A DNA stretch of 60,027 bases, taken from contig CAYTTB010000007.1 of assembly GCA_964440565.1 (NCBI GenBank), positions 3,966-63,992 on the forward strand, written 5' to 3'. The notes below the pieces were generated by a model. That model was not told the origin of the DNA. It searched no databases and was given only the letters and a program-made list of their open reading frames with translations. How positions within the stretch are numbered: the stretch's first letter is position 1; the number at the start of each line of letters is the position of its first letter. Made by a program: the position numbers and the translations under genes. Origin of the DNA: an uncultured Thermoanaerobaculia bacterium (lineage in GTDB: Bacteria > Acidobacteriota > Thermoanaerobaculia > Thermoanaerobaculales > Sulfomarinibacteraceae). Shown here piece by piece: positions 55,416 through 60,027 of the stretch.

Positions 55416-57092
55416 CTACAGCCCCTGGGGCTCCACCGGGGCGTTGGCGATCCCGGTGATGCCGCCGAGCCGGTCCACGACGGCCATCGCCACCGTGTAG
55501 CGGTCCACGGGCAGCTCGAACCGCATCGCGTACTGGAACGGGGCACGCTGCGCGTCCTCGAGCCGGCCGGAGGGGACCTCGAGCTTCTGCTCCTGGCGCC
55601 GCACGCCGAGCACCTCGCCGTCGGGCCCGTACACCGCCAGCCAGACCTCGACGTCGCCCACGTACCGGTCCCCCTGCGGCAGCAGGGTGAGGCGCCTGAC
55701 GGGCGCGATGGCGGTGGCGGTGAGCTCGAGCTTCTCGCCCGCCCGGTGCGCGTCGACCTTCACCGCCATGGGGAGGTCACCGCCCACCTTGGGGAACGAG
55801 GCCGGCGCCGCCAGCTGCATCGCCACCTGGGAGCCGCGATCGAGGTCGAAGTAGCCGCGGCGGTAGCGCAGCTCGACGCCGCGGCGCCGCACCTTGACCG
55901 TGATCCTGTGGTACCGGTTGTCGTGCCCGTGCGGGGCCCGGAACGCCAGGGAGTAGTACGTCCTGAGCTCCCGGTCGGCGGTCCTCAGGGCCGGCCGGAC
56001 CGTGTTGGCGTTGAAGTAGCGGCCGCCCGTACCGTCGGCGAGCATCCGCGGCAGCGTCTCCCAGTCCGCCTCCGCGTCGCTGGGCCGCGCCATGCCGGCG
56101 AACCTCGACGCCGCGTCCTGGTAGGTGAACGGGTTGTCGAGTCCCATCACGTTGCCCACGTAGATCCGGAACCCGGCCCCGTTGGCGAGCTGCACCACCG
56201 CCTCCCACACCTGGTTGATCCGGTCCAGGATGGTGGCCTGGAAGGCGTCGAAGTCGTCCCGCGGGTTGTCGAGGCGGCTGCGCGGGGTGCTGTCGGCGAT
56301 GTGCGCCGGCGTCAGCGAGAGGTCCATGTTGCCCACGAACACGATGGCCGCCTTCTTGCCCGGGAGGCTGGCGTAGGCCCGGAAGATGTCGGTGAGCCCA
56401 CGTGCCATGATCATGTAGGCCAGCAGGCTCCGCTGCCCCTGCTCGCGCATGGCGAACTGCACCAGCCCCTTGGGGTCGGCGGTGGTCTCGAGGAGGCGAT
56501 TGGCCGGCATCTCGTTGGAGGTGACGGCGAGCCGCAGCGGGTCGGCGAACAGTGACTCGTCGATCTGGTGCAGGCGCCGGTAGGTGGGGCGCCGGAGGAT
56601 CGCGTCCATCACCTCGAACACCTTCCGGGTGTCGGACGTGAACGGCAGCAGGATCTCGGCCTCGGCCCCGACCACCGCCACCGACCAGTCCACGTCGTCG
56701 CCGCCACGGGAGCGGATGAACGCCTTGGCCGAGTCCACGGCGCGCGCCACCCACGGGCGCTCGGTGAAGTTGAGGTCGAACAGCAGCACCACGTGGCGCC
56801 GGAACCGGTAATCCTGCGCGTCGGGCACCGGCTCCCCGTGGCCCTCGCGGTAGACCTCGCCGTCCACCACCCTGGCGAAGTTGGTGATCTGCCTCGGCTC
56901 CCCGTCCTCGAGGACGACGAAGTCCTCCTTCCGGAGATCGGTCACGGGTTTCCCGCCGTCGGTGACCATCACGTCCACGTTGACGGTGTTGACCTCGACC
57001 GTGCCCGAGAACCTGGGCTGCCCGGCGCCCGCCGGCGCCACCAGCGCGACCGCCGCGAGCACGGCCAGCGCGGTTCGGAATCCTCTCGTCAT
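55416..57092 (-). CDS. Acidobacterial VWA-domain (VWFA-related) protein
   Basis: [48 protein letters not shown]...D.RYHRI.VKV, YRRGY. Confidence 0.9.
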   Translation of the reverse strand: MTRGFRTALAVLAAVALVAPAGAGQPRFSGTVEVNTVNVDVMVTDGGKPVTDLRKEDFVVLEDGEPRQITNFARVVDGEVYREGHGEPVPDAQDYRFRRHVVLLFDLNFTERPWVARAVDSAKAFIRSRGGDDVDWSVAVVGAEAEILLPFTSDTRKVFEVMDAILRRPTYRRLHQIDESLFADPLRLAVTSNEMPANRLLETTADPKGLVQFAMREQGQRSLLAYMIMARGLTDIFRAYASLPGKKAAIVFVGNMDLSLTPAHIADSTPRSRLDNPRDDFDAFQATILDRINQVWEAVVQLANGAGFRIYVGNVMGLDNPFTYQDAASRFAGMARPSDAEADWETLPRMLADGTGGRYFNANTVRPALRTADRELRTYYSLAFRAPHGHDNRYHRITVKVRRRGVELRYRRGYFDLDRGSQVAMQLAAPASFPKVGGDLPMAVKVDAHRAGEKLELTATAIAPVRRLTLLPQGDRYVGDVEVWLAVYGPDGEVLGVRRQEQKLEVPSGRLEDAQRAPFQYAMRFELPVDRYTVAMAVVDRLGGITGIANAPVEPQGL

Positions 57093-57279
57093 GACGTCCT
57101 CCCTGCCGGATCCGCTCCGGCGACCAGCGTCCCCCCCGGGGGACGCTGCGTCCCCCGGCGTGACCATCCGCGGCCGCAGGAACCCCCTTTCCTGCGCCCT
57201 CCGCGGGGGCCGGTGCAACCGTCGTGCCACCCGCCCCCATTCCCTGTTATATGCCGCGGCGGCCCCGGAGGCGACACCC

Positions 57280-58317
57280 TCAGCGGAGGAGGCCAGCGAT
57301 CACCCGCGCCGCGGTCTCCACTTCCGCCGTTCCGACCTCGTAGTGGGTCACCAGGCGCACCCGGTCGTGGCCGAGGGCGTTGGCCAGCACCCCCCGCTCG
57401 CGCATCGCGGCCACCAGCTCGCCGGCCCCGAGGCGCGCCGACGGCGCGAGGCGGAAGAAGACGATGTTGGTCTCCACGCTGGCGGGGTCGAGGTCGATCC
57501 CCGGGACGTCGGCGAGGAGCTCGGCCAGCCGGCGGGCGGTGGCGTGGTCCTCGGCGAGGCGGGGGAGCATCTCGTCGAGGGCGACCAGGCCCGCGGCGGC
57601 GAGCACCCCGGCCTGCCGCATCCCGCCGCCGAACATCTTGCGGATCCGACGCGCCTCGCGGATCGTGTCGGCGTCGCCCACCAGCAGCGAGCCCACCGGG
57701 GCGGCGAGCCCCTTCGACAGGCAGAACATCACGGTGTCGCACCCGCGCGCGAGCTCCGCCGCGGGCACCCCCAGGGCGGCGGCCGCGTTGTGGATCCGCG
57801 CGCCGTCGAGGTGCACGGCCAGCCCGTGCCGCCGGGCCACCTCCACGAGCTCGCGCATGCGGGCGGGGGGGGTCACCCTTCCGCCCGCGAGGTTGTGGGT
57901 GTTCTCGAGCACCAGCAGGCGGGTGGGAGTCCGGTAGCCGGCCTTCGGCTGGATCGCCCGCTCCACCGCCGCCGGGTCGAGGATCCCGTCCTCCGAGGGC
58001 ACCGGGCGCGGCAGCGCGCCGGAGAGCGCGGCCATGGCGCCCATCTCGAAGTTGAACACGTGACACCCCGCCTCGCCGATCACCTCCGAGCCGGGCACCG
58101 TGTGGAGGTGGATGGCGATCTGGTTCCCCATGGTCCCCGAGGGCACGAACAGTGCCGCCTCGCGCCCGAGGAGCGCGGCGGCGCGCTCCTCGAGCCGGGC
58201 GACGGTGGGGTCCTCGCCGTAGACGTCGTCGCCCACCTCGGCCTCCGCCATGGCGCGGCGCATCGAGGGGGTGGGACGGGTCACGGTGTCCGAGCGGAGG
58301 TCGATGATCCGGTCCAT
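57280..58317 (-). CDS. ltaE: Low-specificity L-threonine aldolase
   Basis: Motifs [37 protein letters not shown] and CLSKGL.APVGS. Confidence 0.95.
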   Translation of the reverse strand: MDRIIDLRSDTVTRPTPSMRRAMAEAEVGDDVYGEDPTVARLEERAAALLGREAALFVPSGTMGNQIAIHLHTVPGSEVIGEAGCHVFNFEMGAMAALSGALPRPVPSEDGILDPAAVERAIQPKAGYRTPTRLLVLENTHNLAGGRVTPPARMRELVEVARRHGLAVHLDGARIHNAAAALGVPAAELARGCDTVMFCLSKGLAAPVGSLLVGDADTIREARRIRKMFGGGMRQAGVLAAAGLVALDEMLPRLAEDHATARRLAELLADVPGIDLDPASVETNIVFFRLAPSARLGAGELVAAMRERGVLANALGHDRVRLVTHYEVGTAEVETAARVIAGLLR

Positions 58318-58352
58318 GGTGACGAGTGTAGCCGCGCTGCGGGCGGAGCGGC

Positions 58353-59285
58353 TCAGCCGCGGGCCGCGACCCGGTCGCGGATCTCCACCGCGGCGGCCAG
58401 GGCGGCGGTGGCGGCGGCGCCGTCCACCAGCGGCGGGGCCTCGCCCCGGCAGGCGGCGAGGAACGCCGCCAGCTCGGCGGCGAGCGGCTCGCGCGGGCGG
58501 ACCTCCACCGCCAGGGGCTCGATCCGGCTCGCCCCGCCGGTGCGGACGAGGCGAGCCGCGGCGACGCTCTGCGCGGCGTAGTCCACCGAGAAGTAGGCGT
58601 CGCGGGCGAACAGCCGCAGCTTGCGCACCCGCTCGGCCGAGACGCGGCTGGCGGTGAGGTTGGCCACGAGACCCGAGGCGAACTCCACCCAGGCGTGGCA
58701 CAGATCCACCTTGTCGGTGAGCACCGGCACGCCCACGGCACGGATCTCCGCGATGGGCGAGCGGGCCACCGCCTGGGCGATCTGGAGGTCGTGAATCATC
58801 AGGTCCAGGATCACGTCCACGTCCACCGAGCGGGCGGTGAACGGCGAGAGGCGCTGCGCCTCGAGGTACCGCACCCCCTCGGCCAGGGAGAGGGCGGCCT
58901 GGACCGCCGGATTGTGGTACTCCACGTGCCCCACCGCCAGCACCCGGCCGCGGCGGGCGGCGAGCGCCACCAGCGACTCCGCCTCGGCCACGGTGGCGGC
59001 GATGGGCTTCTCGATCAGCACGTGGCACCCCGCCCCCAGCAGCGCGCCCGCCACCTCGTGGTGGGTCACCGTGGGGGTGGCCACCACCACCGCCTCGGCG
59101 GCCGTGGCGACCTCCTCCAGCGAGCCCAGCGCGGGCACACCGTGCCGCGAGGTCACGGCCTGGAGCCGGTCGGGGTCGGCGTCCCACGCCCCCACCATCC
59201 GGCTGCCCGGAAGCCTCGCGAGGATCCTGACGTGGTGGCGGCCCAGGTGGCCGGTCCCGACGACGGCGGTGCGGATGGCGTCCAC
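58353..59285 (-). CDS. Gfo/Idh/MocA family oxidoreductase
   Basis: Motifs [25 protein letters not shown] and TASRVS. Confidence 0.93.
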   Translation of the reverse strand: MDAIRTAVVGTGHLGRHHVRILARLPGSRMVGAWDADPDRLQAVTSRHGVPALGSLEEVATAAEAVVVATPTVTHHEVAGALLGAGCHVLIEKPIAATVAEAESLVALAARRGRVLAVGHVEYHNPAVQAALSLAEGVRYLEAQRLSPFTARSVDVDVILDLMIHDLQIAQAVARSPIAEIRAVGVPVLTDKVDLCHAWVEFASGLVANLTASRVSAERVRKLRLFARDAYFSVDYAAQSVAAARLVRTGGASRIEPLAVEVRPREPLAAELAAFLAACRGEAPPLVDGAAATAALAAAVEIRDRVAARG

Positions 59286-59352
59286 GGGGCGGGAGGATAC
59301 CACGCGCCCGCGCGGAGTCCGGTGGGCCTACAATGCGGCTCCGGGAGGCACC

Positions 59353-60027
59353 ATGGCACTGGACCTGCGCAAGCTGCTGGTGGACGTGTTCGACCCCCAG
59401 CCGGGGGAGACGGTGACGGTGATGGTGGACCTGCCGCACGGGGAGGTGGAGGACGACCCCGAGTGGCAGCAGCGGCGGCGGATGGCCGAGAGGTGGCGGG
59501 AGGAGCTGGCCCGGCTCGGCGCCGAGCGGGGGTTCACGGTGCGGCCGATGCTGACCTACCCGGCCACGGGGGCGAACAACGCGGACCTCCCGGCCGGCGG
59601 CTGGCTCGAGGGCGAGGAGGTGGAGCTGCTCCCGCTGCTGGAGAGCTCCACGCTGGTGATCGCCATGACCCAGTTCTCGGCCACCGCGCCGCTGGCCGCC
59701 ATCGCGGAGCGGCACGAGGACTTCCGGGCCGCGTCGATGCCCGGCGTCTCGCGCCGGATGGAGGAGACCGCGCTCGCCGCCGACTACGCCGAGGTGGCTC
59801 GCCGCTGCCAGGCGATCGCCGAGGCGATGGAGGGAGCCGAGCTCGTGGACGTGGAGTTCTCCACCGGGCACCGGTGCTGGTTCGACCTGCGGTTCCGGCG
59901 TCCCGAGGTGGACGACGGGTTCCTGCCGCGGTTCAAGGAGGGCGACCGGATCATCAATCTTCCGTCGGGCGAGACGTTCGAGGTTCCGTACGAGGGCGAG
60001 CGCGAGGGGGTTCCGTCGTGGACCGCG
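59353..60027 (+). CDS. M29-like aminopeptidase-related protein (partial, runs off the window)
   Basis: GGAGG SD. The open frame contains [15 protein letters not shown] and NLPSGETF. Confidence 0.6.
   Translation, partial: MALDLRKLLVDVFDPQPGETVTVMVDLPHGEVEDDPEWQQRRRMAERWREELARLGAERGFTVRPMLTYPATGANNADLPAGGWLEGEEVELLPLLESSTLVIAMTQFSATAPLAAIAERHEDFRAASMPGVSRRMEETALAADYAEVARRCQAIAEAMEGAELVDVEFSTGHRCWFDLRFRRPEVDDGFLPRFKEGDRIINLPSGETFEVPYEGEREGVPSWTA

Noticed and set aside
233-59871. Many long Arg/Pro/Gly-rich ORFs in the six-frame track (e.g. 233-1858, 15706-19845, 15767-19042, 35269-38412, 50930-54088)
   Set aside because: These are shadow frames of real genes in very high-GC DNA, with no recognisable motifs.

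Overview
Very GC-rich bacterial DNA. An Acidobacterial-type VWA protein, multiheme cytochromes and peptide/amino-acid catabolism genes suggest an anaerobic Acidobacteriota (Thermoanaerobaculia-like) host; this is inference. The window has two parts. (1) About 1-14.5 kb is an accessory/defence region. It holds a HIRAN-DUF6569(ARPP-1) fusion; several secreted-protein cassettes, two behind a duplicated ~270-bp leader and one of those bracketed by 80-bp direct repeats; a decayed BREX type-3-like remnant with an intact ABC-ATPase + DUF4276 pair nested inside; an SRA-like/HNH endonuclease; and a WYL regulator. A near-invariant 19-bp site, GCGGAC-AGGTACG-G(G/T)CCGC, occurs four times (1818, 5775, 7223 inverted, 12413) at cassette boundaries. 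It is the best candidate for an undescribed system: either a WYL-type activator regulon or shufflon-like recombination sites. (2) About 14.5-60 kb is mostly core genome: NrdR-boxed nrdJ, hutH, pepA, tRNA-Gly(CCC), ald, two multiheme cytochromes, a nucleotide salvage/repair cluster, an HK-RR-EAL-Crp cluster, ltaE and others. Many genes have a -10 hexamer exactly 6 nt before the start codon and no SD, implying pervasive leaderless transcription. All family calls come from motif recognition by eye; no database was searched.
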